Below the pieces are notes generated by a model. The model was given only the letters and a program-made list of their open reading frames with translations, was not told the origin of the DNA and searched no databases. 58,085 nucleotides of DNA from a virus (Duplodnaviria > Caudoviricetes), in the IMG/VR virus record IMGVR_UViG_3300047199_000067, positions 1 through 58,085 of that record. One strand, 5' to 3'. Below are positions 20,143-30,972 of this stretch, in pieces; position 1 is the first letter of the stretch, and each line of letters starts with the position of its first letter. The position numbers were made by a program, and so were the translations under genes.

Positions 20143-21096
20143 ATGAAGATACTTGTAACGGGCGCATTAGGTTTTATCGGGAGTGCTTTTGTAAAATATA
20201 GTCTTGAGAAGATGAACGATATTAGGGTGGTCGGGTTTGACAAGAACGAAGACCAAAGGGCGGTATCGAGGCTGGCAGAGGTCAATGGTAGCCGTAAGTT
20301 TCAGATGATATATGGAGATTTTTGCGAGGACATATCGGAGCTGATGGAGGACGTAGAGGTAGTGTTCCATTTCGGGGCAAAGACTTTTGTTGACCATAGT
20401 GTAAAATCTCCTGAAAGTTTTGTTCGGAATAACATATACGGCACGTTCAATATACTTGAGGAGGTAAGAAAGGCTCGGAAAAGACCCCTGCTCGTATATA
20501 TCAGCACAGATGAAGTGTATGGGCAGACAGAAGGAGAAGCCCCGTTCACGGAGAAATCGGTATTGAATCCTACCAACCCGTATAGTGCGTCAAAGGCGAG
20601 CGCAGAAATGATGGTAATGGCATACGGGAAGTCGTATAATATAGAATACATCATAACAAGGTGTGAGAACAATTACGGCGCATATCAGAACCCGCAGAAG
20701 GTATTGCCGACTTATGTAAAGTATGGTTTACTTAATAAACCGTTGCCTGTATACAGCCCTGGCACTCATAAAAGGAAGTGGCTTTATGTTGACGACCATT
20801 GTAGGGCTTTATGGGAATTGGTCGAGTCGGGGTTCAGAGGCATAGCTAATATCGCAGGAGGGCACGAGTTACAGAATATAGAATTGGCAAGATTAGTGTT
20901 AACAGAGTTAGGTAAGAAGCCCGATATGATAGAAATGACCGACACGGGCAGGATAAGGCCGTTCCACGACAAGCGGTATCATATAAGGTCAATTATATTG
21001 GACTGTCTCGGATGGCAACCAACGACCAATATACAGGAAGGTATGCACAAAACGATAGGGTGGTTCGTGGATAACCAATGGTGGTTAGGGATATGA
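20143..21096 (+). CDS. rmlB: dTDP-glucose 4,6-dehydratase
   Basis: ILVTGALGFIGS, STDEVYG, PYSASKA, NNYG. Confidence 0.88.
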   Translation: MKILVTGALGFIGSAFVKYSLEKMNDIRVVGFDKNEDQRAVSRLAEVNGSRKFQMIYGDFCEDISELMEDVEVVFHFGAKTFVDHSVKSPESFVRNNIYGTFNILEEVRKARKRPLLVYISTDEVYGQTEGEAPFTEKSVLNPTNPYSASKASAEMMVMAYGKSYNIEYIITRCENNYGAYQNPQKVLPTYVKYGLLNKPLPVYSPGTHKRKWLYVDDHCRALWELVESGFRGIANIAGGHELQNIELARLVLTELGKKPDMIEMTDTGRIRPFHDKRYHIRSIILDCLGWQPTTNIQEGMHKTIGWFVDNQWWLGI

Positions 21097-21105
21097 GGAG
21101 AGGCA

Positions 21106-21663
21106 TTGGATATAGCATTAAAGGGTAAGTTTATAAACCATAATTTATGGGAGGCGATTAAAGCTCAAGGTTATTCAAACATCAATGAGTTTTGTCGGGT
21201 CGCTGGTATGAGCGCGTCATTGATAGGGCGATATATTAACCTGAAAAGTATACCTGTACAGAAAAATGTTTGTAAAAAGCTCGAAGAAAAGTTACATTGT
21301 CCGATTGATTATTTATTCCTTGACGATTTGTGCGCTTTTGTGAAGAAGAAACCTATAACAGAGGTATACGCTCATAAACGGGTCGATTTATTATCATTGG
21401 AAAATATCAAAGGTATAAGCTATGTTCCTGATTTGGATTTTGATAAGGCAGGAGAAATAGATAAAGTGCTGGATACTCTTACGAAAAGGGAAAGAAAAGT
21501 AGTAGAGTTGAGATACGGTCTTGATACGAACCCTAAAACATATCAGGAAGTAGGAGAAGAAATGTCCGTAACCCCTGAAAGAGCACGGCAAATAGAATTG
21601 CGTGCGTTACGGAAATTACGTCATCCTATACGGTCGAGAGAATTGGAAGTATATGTTAATTAA
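21106..21663 (+). CDS. XRE-type HTH fused to primary sigma70 region 4
   Basis: N-terminal HTH; C-terminal [15 protein letters not shown]...T.QEVG....[17 protein letters not shown]. Confidence 0.8.
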   Translation: MDIALKGKFINHNLWEAIKAQGYSNINEFCRVAGMSASLIGRYINLKSIPVQKNVCKKLEEKLHCPIDYLFLDDLCAFVKKKPITEVYAHKRVDLLSLENIKGISYVPDLDFDKAGEIDKVLDTLTKRERKVVELRYGLDTNPKTYQEVGEEMSVTPERARQIELRALRKLRHPIRSRELEVYVN

Positions 21664-22797
21664 GAGAGGAGGAAGGCAATGGCAAAGAGAAAGATATATG
21701 CGTTTGACATCACGGAGATAGGTAATATCTTGGTAAACTTAATACAGAATAAGAACGCAGTCAAGGCATTGATAAGGCATAATGACGATAGCCTTATTGA
21801 TGACGGGCTCAATGTTCAGAAGTTGGATATGGCTTTTGAAAAGAACCAGATACAGGTAACGGTTGAACACGATAGTTTTGAGGACGTAAGTGTATATCCG
21901 ATAGTTCCTATGAAATTGGCGGTAGAGACCTTGTCGGATAATTCAACAGGAGTGCAGGTAGAGTGAAGGTAAAGACAAATAAAGGTTTGGAACTGGAATT
22001 TACTCCCGAAGAACTCCGCCATTTTAAGTTAAATACCCCAGAAGACGTGAGGGGGTTTATAGACAAGATGGAGGAGAAGGGTGAGGTTAAGGTAGGGTTT
22101 GTGAGTCAACCGCAAGCCGAGGGGAGTAAATAGAAAGGGGGCTTTGATGGCAAGTCCAAAGGTCAATATATTATGGGCTAAGAAACAGATTAGGCTCATA
22201 ATGGGGAAGGCGTACCTATGCCTGACGTTTGAATTTATCAAGGATATAGTGGATAGGTTCAACCACTACCAATGTTGTATGAAGGATTTGGACAGGAACG
22301 GGATAACTCCTATCAATTGGGAACACGCTTATAGTTATGAGATTGCGCAGCGTATGGGGTATTTGCGGGAGTTCGGAGAAACCAGGAAGATGAAGAAGCT
22401 GGCGAAGATAGCCCGCAAGCGGGGGATGGTCGTCCATTATTTTAAGAGCGGCAGTATAATGGTAATGGATGAAGGAGACTATGAATCGTGGTTATCACAG
22501 AAGGAGGGTTGTAATGGTAAAGCGGTCAGTCAATAAGAAAGAAAAGGAGATAGCCGATAAGACGGGGCAGTTGTTCGATATTAAGGACACAGACCTCGGC
22601 AAGAGTGCGAAGAAATTTTTAGCACTTCGGGAACAGATAGACAAGGCGAAGGGCGAGCTTGAGAAGGAAGGTATAGCTCTCGTAGAGTTAATGAACAGCG
22701 ACAAGAAGGACAGGATTACCATAGACGGCGTAACCTTATCAATAAAGATTACAATGGCAAGGGTTACAATAGCCATAAAGAAAGCGAAGGATACAGA

Positions 22798-23535
22798 GTG
22801 AAGACAAAGGGAGTATTGCTCTGTGGAGGGGAAGGAACGAGGCTAAGACCGCTAACTAAAGCCGTCAATAAGCATATGATAAGGATAGGCAATAAACTGA
22901 TGTTGGACTATCCTATCAGTAAGTTTATAGACGCAGGGCTTAGAGATATTCACGTGGTAATCGGCGGCGAGCATTTTGATGCCATAGTAAAGTATCTTGG
23001 GAGTGGCTTTGACAGAGGAGTCAGGTTTACTTATTCAATGCAGGATAGGGCAGGAGGCATAGCAGAGGCGATAGGTCTTGCAGAGCAATTCGCAGACGGG
23101 CATAAGATAGTAGTAATTCTCGGCGATAATATTTTTGAGGCGAGTATATTCCCAGAGGTCGCTGATTTTATAGATTCTAAATGTAAGACAGAGGCAAGGT
23201 TGTTTTATACGCACTCGGATACCCCAGAAAAGTTTGGTTGTCTGGTTTATGGAGACGTGGGCGGTCCTGTTGATATAGTAGAAAAGCCAAAAGCTCCGCC
23301 AAGTAATGATATTGTTACAGGTATATATATGTATACTCCTGATGTATTCGAGGTCATTAAGACATTAAAACCGAGCAACAGAGGCGAGTTAGAGGTTACG
23401 GACTTGAGCCGTTATTATATGCTTAATGACACGTCAGAGTGTGTAATCCACGAATTGAAAGGTTGGTGGTCGGATTGCGGTTCGCTCGAAAGTATAGCGA
23501 AAGCGGAGGTATTAGTCAGGGCTTCAAACTTATAG
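22798..23535 (+). CDS. rmlA: Glucose-1-phosphate thymidylyltransferase
   Basis: GGEGTRLRPLT..VNK, LGDNIF, EKP, S.RGELEVTD, W.D.GS. Confidence 0.88.
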   Translation: MKTKGVLLCGGEGTRLRPLTKAVNKHMIRIGNKLMLDYPISKFIDAGLRDIHVVIGGEHFDAIVKYLGSGFDRGVRFTYSMQDRAGGIAEAIGLAEQFADGHKIVVILGDNIFEASIFPEVADFIDSKCKTEARLFYTHSDTPEKFGCLVYGDVGGPVDIVEKPKAPPSNDIVTGIYMYTPDVFEVIKTLKPSNRGELEVTDLSRYYMLNDTSECVIHELKGWWSDCGSLESIAKAEVLVRASNL

Positions 23536-23858
23536 CAAGCGCAGAGGTTGAGCCTGATGAGGTTTTGATTATATCACGCCCTACAGTTGAGCAGGTCAGG
23601 AAGGCAGGAGGTATTAATAATTGGTTGAGGAGGTATCCGCATAAATATACAAAGATTAGGGGGATAAGTGATGGCGACAGACAAAGAGATAAAGTTCTTA
23701 GCAAGAGAGATGGAAAGATACACGGACGCCGAAAAAAGAAAGTTATTTAGGAACGTTGATATTATCTGGGCGAGAATAAGGACAATGGCTTTGGACAGGC
23801 ATACTACCATAGAGAATTGTATTATACCTGCCTGTAATGAATACCTGGGGAAAGTCTA

Positions 23859-24224
23859 ATGGACGAGAGGCAGTTTGACGAGCTCTATCAACGTATGGTC
23901 GCAGAAGAAAATAAGATAGGGCAGACAAAGGCGAAGGAATATAGCCGTAGTGGTGATAGGCTGGATAATTTTAAACGGCTCGGTAAAGAGTTGGACTTAG
24001 ACCCGAAGAAGGTGCTATGGGTATATCTCAAAAAGCACCTGGATAGTATTGCTTCTTATATCAGGTCAGGGATGGTTCTATCAGAGCCGATTGAGGATAG
24101 GATAAAAGACGCAAGGGTATATCTGGCTTTGTTGAGAGGGTTGGTTGAGGAAGACAAGGGAGCGAAAAAGAAAGTGTCTTTATCCTTGAGTGATTTGAAG
24201 GGTTTAAAGACGGGGAGAATGTAA
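23859..24224 (+). CDS. Nucleotide-modification-associated alpha-helical (MazG/DUF1599-like) protein
   Basis: K..EY....D.L.NF, KH.DSI, D..VYL.LL pattern. Confidence 0.55.
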   Translation: MDERQFDELYQRMVAEENKIGQTKAKEYSRSGDRLDNFKRLGKELDLDPKKVLWVYLKKHLDSIASYIRSGMVLSEPIEDRIKDARVYLALLRGLVEEDKGAKKKVSLSLSDLKGLKTGRM

Positions 24225-24376
24225 AGTGGCTGTTGGAACAAAAACGAGCTCGTGGCATAAAATTAAGTGTATATTCCTGTGGTTGCTTTTCTGGTATCGA
24301 GATTTAGATTCGGAAAAGCGGCAGGGGTTTTGGTGTCAGAAATGTGGTAGACGATACCCGCAATAAGGAGGGCATT

Positions 24377-24604
24377 ATGGCTGTTACAGGGATAATAGAT
24401 AAGGTCTTACAGATATTGATGTGGATATTTAACCCAACAGCGATGAAGGAACGCAAGCTAAACGAGTTAAGGGCAAAGTTAGCGCAGGTAGAGGACGAAA
24501 GGGAGAAGGCAAGACAGGCTAATGACAATGCCTTGTATATGCAAAAGGAGCAGGAAAGAAATGAGATACTTAAAGAGATTGCTCGTATTAGCGGTAATAA
24601 GTAG
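24377..24604 (+). CDS. Membrane-anchored coiled-coil protein (i-spanin-like)
   Basis: Hydrophobic N-terminus, coiled coil, overlaps a lipoprotein gene. Confidence 0.4.
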   Translation: MAVTGIIDKVLQILMWIFNPTAMKERKLNELRAKLAQVEDEREKARQANDNALYMQKEQERNEILKEIARISGNK

Positions 24605-24818
24605 CGTATTACTCGGCTGTGCGTATAAAAGACAGTTTATTTTACTGCCCGTAGAGAAGTACCACTTTATAACCAAAGCGGGCGACGTACTCCAGCGTCA
24701 GACGCAAGACGACCAGGTGTCCTTACCTGTTGATGGGGTGTGGATAAGTATAGGTGAAAAAGAAAAGTATGAACACGCACAGGAGTATGCAGTAGAACAC
24801 GGATACGTACCGCAGTAA
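24561..24818 (+). CDS. Lipoprotein (o-spanin-like)
   Basis: Signal peptide MRYLKRLLVLAVISSVLLG-C with lipobox. Confidence 0.5.
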   Translation: MRYLKRLLVLAVISSVLLGCAYKRQFILLPVEKYHFITKAGDVLQRQTQDDQVSLPVDGVWISIGEKEKYEHAQEYAVEHGYVPQ

Positions 24819-24822
24819 ACAT

Positions 24823-24909
24823 CGGGAGGGGCGTTCGTCCGTTGACCACGGCTCGGGCATAGTATCCAAGGACGTCTTCAAGATATTGTGTCCTGCGGAC
24901 GCCCTCTCG
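24823..24909 (+). ncRNA. Candidate structured RNA (three-way junction)
   Basis: Outer ~15-bp stem enclosing two hairpins, many G-U pairs, intergenic. Confidence 0.4.
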
Positions 24910-25362
24910 GCATACAATGGAGGAAATGGAAATGGAAATGGAAAGCCAAGTATTAGGCAACGGTCAATCGAAAGTTTGGATACATTTATCAGAAGGGGCT
25001 TTGAAGAAACTCAAGCAGGACAGGCAGGCGAAGGTAATGTACAAAAGAACTATAATCTATCTTACACCGAAGGCAAAGCATAGTGTACTGTTTAAAGGGA
25101 AGGGCAGGAAGGTTACTAACGACCAGGCAAAACGGATAGAGAAAATATTAAACGAGGGTTGATATGGACACGCCATTTAATATCATATCAGTATGTAGGG
25201 AAGATGTTGCGACTGTCATAAAAGACAAAAAGACGGCAGAGGCGTTGACCGATGATGAGATGAGAAGGATAGCGAATAAGATGTCGGACGCATATCTCAA
25301 CAACGGGTATTGGCAAGATTTGAAAGAGATAACGGAGATGGTATTAAAGGGAAGGGTATGAA

Positions 25363-26295
25363 GTGAAGCTACTCTATTTTACAGACAGTCATATAAAGGG
25401 GAAAAATCCTATATCAAGGACAGGGGACTTTGTAGAGGATATGTCTATTAAGTTAGCCGAGATAGGCGGTATGGTCAAGGCGGAAGGGATAGATAAGGTT
25501 CTATTCGGGGGAGATTTATTTGATAGCCCCTCGGTTGCTCTTAACGTAGTGGATATGGTGGTAGACCAGATAGAGAGTTGGGGAGTGGACTTTTGGACTA
25601 TTCGCGGTAACCACGATGAGATAGGTCATAATCCAGGAGCGAGCGGGCAGAGTGTTCTTGACCATATATTCAGGCGGTCAAAGATAATCAAGCATTTGGG
25701 CGGTATGGCTTGTGAGGAGGCGTATATAGAAGGGGTAGATTACTACCACAGTATAGAAGAAGACATTAAAGCGAAAGGTCTTATGAGTGCAATGCCCCAT
25801 TTAGAAGGGAGGAAGATTGCGGTAGTCCACGCTTTTATATTAGATAAGCCCTTTTTAGCAGGAATAGCTCACGTATGCATTAAGGATATAAAGTCGGATT
25901 TTGATTTGGTATTGATAGGTCATACGCACCCAGATATAGGTATCCATAAAAAGGATAAGACTACCTATGTCGGCATAGGGGCATTGGCGAGGATAAGTAT
26001 AGTTGACGCAGACAGGAAACCGCAGGTATTGATTATAGATACAGCTACTCCTACTATGAAGGTCGTGCAGTTACAAAACGTAAGGGCGAGGGATGTAGCT
26101 TTTGATATGGAGAAGGCAAAAGAGGTATTGGCATTACAGGGGCGGTTGGATGAGTTCATAAGTAGTTTGGAGGGTGTAAAGTTCCAGGGCTTGAATTTGA
26201 AAAATATTATTGAGAGTATAGCAGAGAAAGAGAATATCGATAAAGAGGTAGTGCGTATTGTTCTTGAAAGGATAGAAAAGTATGATACGGCATAA
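25363..26295 (+). CDS. SbcD/Mre11-like metallophosphoesterase nuclease
   Basis: TDSH, GGDLFD, GNHD, GHTH motifs. Confidence 0.85.
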   Translation: MKLLYFTDSHIKGKNPISRTGDFVEDMSIKLAEIGGMVKAEGIDKVLFGGDLFDSPSVALNVVDMVVDQIESWGVDFWTIRGNHDEIGHNPGASGQSVLDHIFRRSKIIKHLGGMACEEAYIEGVDYYHSIEEDIKAKGLMSAMPHLEGRKIAVVHAFILDKPFLAGIAHVCIKDIKSDFDLVLIGHTHPDIGIHKKDKTTYVGIGALARISIVDADRKPQVLIIDTATPTMKVVQLQNVRARDVAFDMEKAKEVLALQGRLDEFISSLEGVKFQGLNLKNIIESIAEKENIDKEVVRIVLERIEKYDTA

Positions 26296-26789
26296 GCTAT
26301 TCCCTAAACAGATAATGGCATTGAAATCTGCGGTACAAAAAGCCCCGTTCAGTTGGGTAGATATAGATTTTAGTATTGGTAGGGGGAAAAGAGACGACGG
26401 TACGTGGTGTTTTTGGCTATTGGACGGTAAAAGAGTTGATGTCGAGTTCACCGAAAAAGAGTTAATCCTGCGGGTTACGACTATCGCAGACCTTGACAGA
26501 CCGATGGTTAAGATACAGGATTTTAATATTATAGAGCAAAGGATGTGGAGGAAACTGTTAACGGAGGGACGGGGATGACGTCAGAGCAAAAAGCCAAGAT
26601 AGATAGTATGACACAGAAAGAACTGTGTTCAAAATGGAGATTTGCGCCCGTCGGCGACCTATTGTTGCAAGGTGATACAGGAGATTATTTCGCAAAAAGG
26701 TTAAAGGAGATGGGTGGTTTTACTCCTGAAATATCAAAAGAGTTAGGGTGGTAAAAGATGTCTCAAGGTAACTGTGGAGGGGGAGAGAT

Positions 26790-27026
26790 ATGAATTACAT
26801 AGAAGAATTGAACCAGATACAGAAATCGGTAGAGGTAAAGAAACAGAAAAAGGTAGCATTGGAAGAACGTAAGCGTATGTTGGAAGAAGACCTTGGTAAG
26901 TCAATGGCTGAGCTCAAGGAGCTTGGTATCAATTCCCTTGAGGAAGCAGATGGTTACATTAAAAAGACAGAGGGCGAGTTAAATGAAGGGATTAGCAAAT
27001 GCCGTCAGATATTAGCAGGCAATTAG
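26790..27026 (+). CDS. Coiled-coil protein (probable SbcC middle segment)
   Basis: Pure heptad pattern; overlaps SbcC C-half. Confidence 0.5.
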   Translation: MNYIEELNQIQKSVEVKKQKKVALEERKRMLEEDLGKSMAELKELGINSLEEADGYIKKTEGELNEGISKCRQILAGN

Positions 27027-27616
27027 AGGGAGTGTTAAATAGTATAGGCGGTCTTAATAATTCTGTATCCTCATTAAAGGGTAAAGCGGATTTGCTTATT
27101 GAGCAGAATCAGGATTATGAGGATAGGCTCAAGCAATACACGGAAGGTAAAGAGCTTTATAGGAAGGCAATTGTACTCGTAGGGCAGGCGGGAGAGACAG
27201 CAAGGGTCGCTATCAAGAGCGGATTTGAGGGCATAGTTACCCACGCATTAAGGTCTATTGTCGGAGAGGATTATACTTTTGAGATAGTATTCGAAAAAAG
27301 AGGCAACGTCCAGGAGGCGAACTTTAATGTCAAGACAAAAGAGTTGGGAGAACCGTTTGACCCTATTGATAGTCGTGGTGGAGGTATTGTGGATATTGTT
27401 TCTATTGCGCTGCGCGTTTCGTTGCTTGAGTTATTTCAGCCCCGTATTGAAGGTCCAATAATTTTAGATGAGCCATTTAAGCATTTGTCAAAGGAATATA
27501 TCCAAAGCGCAGGCGAGTTTTTGGATGGCGTGGCAACGAAGATGGGCAGGCAGATAATTCTCGTTACGCATATCAGGGAATTGACAAATGAGGCGGATAA
27601 GGTGATAGAGTTATGA
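26999..27616 (+). CDS. SbcC/Rad50-like ATPase, C-terminal half
   Basis: SRGGG signature, IILDEPF Walker B/D-loop, LVTH H-loop; no Walker A. Confidence 0.85.
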   Translation: MPSDISRQLEGVLNSIGGLNNSVSSLKGKADLLIEQNQDYEDRLKQYTEGKELYRKAIVLVGQAGETARVAIKSGFEGIVTHALRSIVGEDYTFEIVFEKRGNVQEANFNVKTKELGEPFDPIDSRGGGIVDIVSIALRVSLLELFQPRIEGPIILDEPFKHLSKEYIQSAGEFLDGVATKMGRQIILVTHIRELTNEADKVIEL

Positions 27617-28004
27617 GGAATTGTCCATTAGGCGGGGACGCAGACCATTGTGATGAGTGTGCGTACTATCCTGATTATAACTATAACGAACACACAGGAG
27701 AGTGTGAAAGGAGAGATGAGATGGATAAGGAAAAGAAGCCGCAGGATTTAGGAATAAATGTAGGAGACGGAGGCAAGGTAGAGGAGCATACCGCAAGTAA
27801 GAAGACAGAGCCAGCAAAGACTCTGCCTGAATACGAGATAATAGCCGATAAGATGATGCACGGTAAGCTGTTCCAAAGACCTGATATAAAAAGAGAGCTT
27901 AATGTAGTGCATAGGTTGTGCGTTAATGTGGGAGACAGACTCGATGACCCGCAGGTTATCGCTATGATTTTATTCCATAGAGGAATTGAGCCCGACTATT
28001 CATC

Positions 28005-28295
28005 GTGAGTCGTGGTGAGTTTTCTTATAAGATTAGGTCGTTCTGGTTTAACCATTTCGTAAGATGTTTTATCCGTGGGTGTTTCAAGCATAGGGATTAT
28101 TGGGGACACCATATCATACGTCAGAGCGCAGGCGGTCCTTGGGAGGAGTGGAATAAGCTACCAATATGCAGGGAACATCATACAGAGTTACACGCCATAG
28201 GCGAGGAAGCATTTATGGAGAAGTACCCAGAGACAAGGGCGAAGATAGAAAAGGCTCACGAGATTTGGAGGAAGAAAAGTGCTGGAGAACTGTAA
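28005..28295 (+). CDS. DUF968-like HNH-fold protein
   Basis: C....C...HH....LP.CR.HH.ELH..G. Confidence 0.65.
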   Translation: MSRGEFSYKIRSFWFNHFVRCFIRGCFKHRDYWGHHIIRQSAGGPWEEWNKLPICREHHTELHAIGEEAFMEKYPETRAKIEKAHEIWRKKSAGEL

Positions 28296-28426
28296 CCATT
28301 GGGAGCGACGGGCTATATTCAAGCGTATCAAAGAGGCGAAAGAGCGTATATGGTATTGTAAGTGCAAAGAACCGATGAGGGATTGCGAATATACCTATAA
28401 TTGTAATAGGTGTGGCGGGATAATCA

Positions 28427-28837
28427 ATGATAGGGTATCACTACACAAGTTTTGATTGTTGGAAGCAGATACAGAAAGAGGGCTTACAGCCCTATATAAT
28501 AGACAGACCTTGTCTGCGTGAACATACGGGCGTAGAGTGGGTAAGAGCGGTTTGGATATGGACAGAGAAGATGGAAGGTATAGCCCACGTAGGGTCGGTC
28601 ATATACCAGATGTCTCATAAAGGGGCAACGGAGGCGGTTCTATTAGAAGTAGAGTATAAGGAACAGTATTGCTTGGGTTCGGTTGATGGTCATAAAATTT
28701 TATTGAATCATAATGGTACTTTGGAAAAATTAATATATCACGATGGGACACAGGAGGCGGTATTGGTCGGTAGGGCTATATCGTCTGATAAGATAAAGTT
28801 ATTAAGGCATTATAATTTATTGGAGTGTTTTAAGTAG
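28427..28837 (+). CDS. Putative ADP-ribosyltransferase-fold protein
   Basis: YHYTS......I..EGL.P N-terminus, central V-W strand, LLEV strand. Confidence 0.45.
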   Translation: MIGYHYTSFDCWKQIQKEGLQPYIIDRPCLREHTGVEWVRAVWIWTEKMEGIAHVGSVIYQMSHKGATEAVLLEVEYKEQYCLGSVDGHKILLNHNGTLEKLIYHDGTQEAVLVGRAISSDKIKLLRHYNLLECFK

Positions 28838-30420
28838 ATGGCTGATAAAAAATTTATAGCATATTACGATTTTGATTGCGAACATTGCGATAGCACGATT
28901 TCAAAGGATGATGAATTTCACTTTTTTAACGGCGATAAGATTTGCGAGGATTGTTGGCAGAAGTTAGTAGATTATTATGAAGACGAGATGTAAGGAGAAA
29001 ATGGAAATGGAAAAGCAGGTGTTTAAAAGCATTAAGGTTGATATGGACAGGTATCAGAAACTACTCAAGGTATCAAAGGGCGATGGGTTATTTATGAGCT
29101 GGCATATGAATCTGGCTATTGATATTTATGTAGCCCTCTATGGAGTAGTAAGGTTTTTCCCAAAAAGGTAGGTTGTTTATGATAATGGGACAAGAGAGAA
29201 AAACTTTTGTGGTATGTGTTTATCGTAAAGACGAGCATAGCGCAGACGCTAAAGAGGTAAAGTGCTCACAGTGCGGTGCGCCGTTGTGGTGCTCTCCTCA
29301 TAATCTTGGTTTAAGCCCTCTTTGTATTCAATGTTTCGAGAAAATCCCGCCAGCCGAAGCGGTTATAATGGTGAAGATGATAGATTTAATCAAGGCGAGT
29401 ATTGAGATAGTGAAAAGGAAAATGTCAGCGTGGATGAACTAAGGAGGGGTTGATGGATAAGATATTAAGTGTTTGTGAGTTTGCTACAATGGGATTTTGT
29501 TTGGCTCAAATAGTCATTATCAGCATACAGAAGAAGGTATCTTTGTTAACCGCAATAATGGGTTGGTTGATTGCTGCGATTTGGGTCGTCATAGCGAGGA
29601 GGGCAAGAAATGCAAGATAAAATTATTGAGGCTCATATTAAAAGGTTTTCTTTATGTGATGGTGAGTTTAGGATTATTGTAGAATTAGAAGACGGCGGAG
29701 GGGTGTCTGTTTTAACGGGTGGAGGCAAGGATGAGTTTCAGTTTAGAGGTTCTAAACCAGAATCCATAGCAAAGATAGCAAAGTTATTGGCGGCTATACC
29801 AGAAGTGGTTGTTGAGATTAAGGAGATGGAGAGGAAGATGGAGGGCATTAATGGCAGTTAACGAGAGGACAGAGGCATTAGCAAGAGAGTTATATTTTAC
29901 AGCGTTCAGGCGAGATAATTACGATGAGGATACGGAGGAGACCAAGCAATCATTTATAGCTATGGCTGAATATGTATTGAAGAATTTCGGCACGATAAGA
30001 GACTTCCAGCTAAACCCGCACGCTGTATTTGATGTTCTCAAAGGTAACCATAGGAAGGTAGCGAAGGCAATAGTTGGTGTGAGGGAAATGCCTCTTAACA
30101 TAGACCATATAGGGCAGAATATCAATGATTTGGTGATAGAGATGTTAATAGAGATAATGAATAAACGACCTGATATAGTTCAAAGGAAGCCAAGTGGATG
30201 AGTTCGGTAAGTGGATTAAGTTTGCTTTGGTAGAGAAAAAGGCAAAGACCAATGTTTGGAATATTGAGACAGATGAAGGCATAGTTTTAGGGCAGATAAA
30301 GTGGTTCGGTCGTTGGAGGACGTACGCTCTTTATCCGTCGCCTGATACAGTCTTTGAAGATGATTGTCTTTTGGATATGGCTAATTTTATTAAGAAGCAG
30401 ATGGACGAAAGGAAAAAGAA

Positions 30421-30972
30421 ATGAGGATGATAGGTATAGATATTGGTAAGCACGGGGCAATAGCTACTATTGACGGTGAGGGGTTCTATGCGACATTTGA
30501 TATGCCTATATATATCGAAATAGAGAAGCATAAGCGCAGTAAGGATAAAAGAATAACCAATTTAAACAAAAGGGCGTTGTTCGATTTACTAAAAGGCTTA
30601 AAGACAGAGGATTGCTACTGCTGCGTAGAGCGCAATAGACCATATCCACAAGAGGGGGTAGTCAGTTCGTTTTCTCTTGGAGAGCAGGTTGGGTTGGTCG
30701 AAGGTATGTTAATTGCTTTGCAAATTCCGTTTGAACTGGTAAGCCCCCAAGCGTGGTATAAAGAGTTGAGCATAGTCAGGCAGTATGGTAGTAAGAACGC
30801 TACCTATGAAAAGGCAGGGAATATGTTCCCACGGGCTATATTAAAAACACCACGGGGCAGGATATTAGATGGCAGGGCGGATGCGCTTTTAATATGTGAG
30901 TACGGTAGAAGGAGGATAGCCAATGGTGTCGAGGCAAGAGATAGAGCAGGACATAATCAGGATAGTCAGTAG
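30421..30972 (+). CDS. RuvC-like Holliday junction resolvase
   Basis: IGIDIG, VER, SFSLG, V.PQ.W, DGRADALLI. Confidence 0.85.
   Translation: MRMIGIDIGKHGAIATIDGEGFYATFDMPIYIEIEKHKRSKDKRITNLNKRALFDLLKGLKTEDCYCCVERNRPYPQEGVVSSFSLGEQVGLVEGMLIALQIPFELVSPQAWYKELSIVRQYGSKNATYEKAGNMFPRAILKTPRGRILDGRADALLICEYGRRRIANGVEARDRAGHNQDSQ

Noticed and set aside
21106-21663. Complete phage sigma factor
   Set aside because: No recognisable region 2; too short
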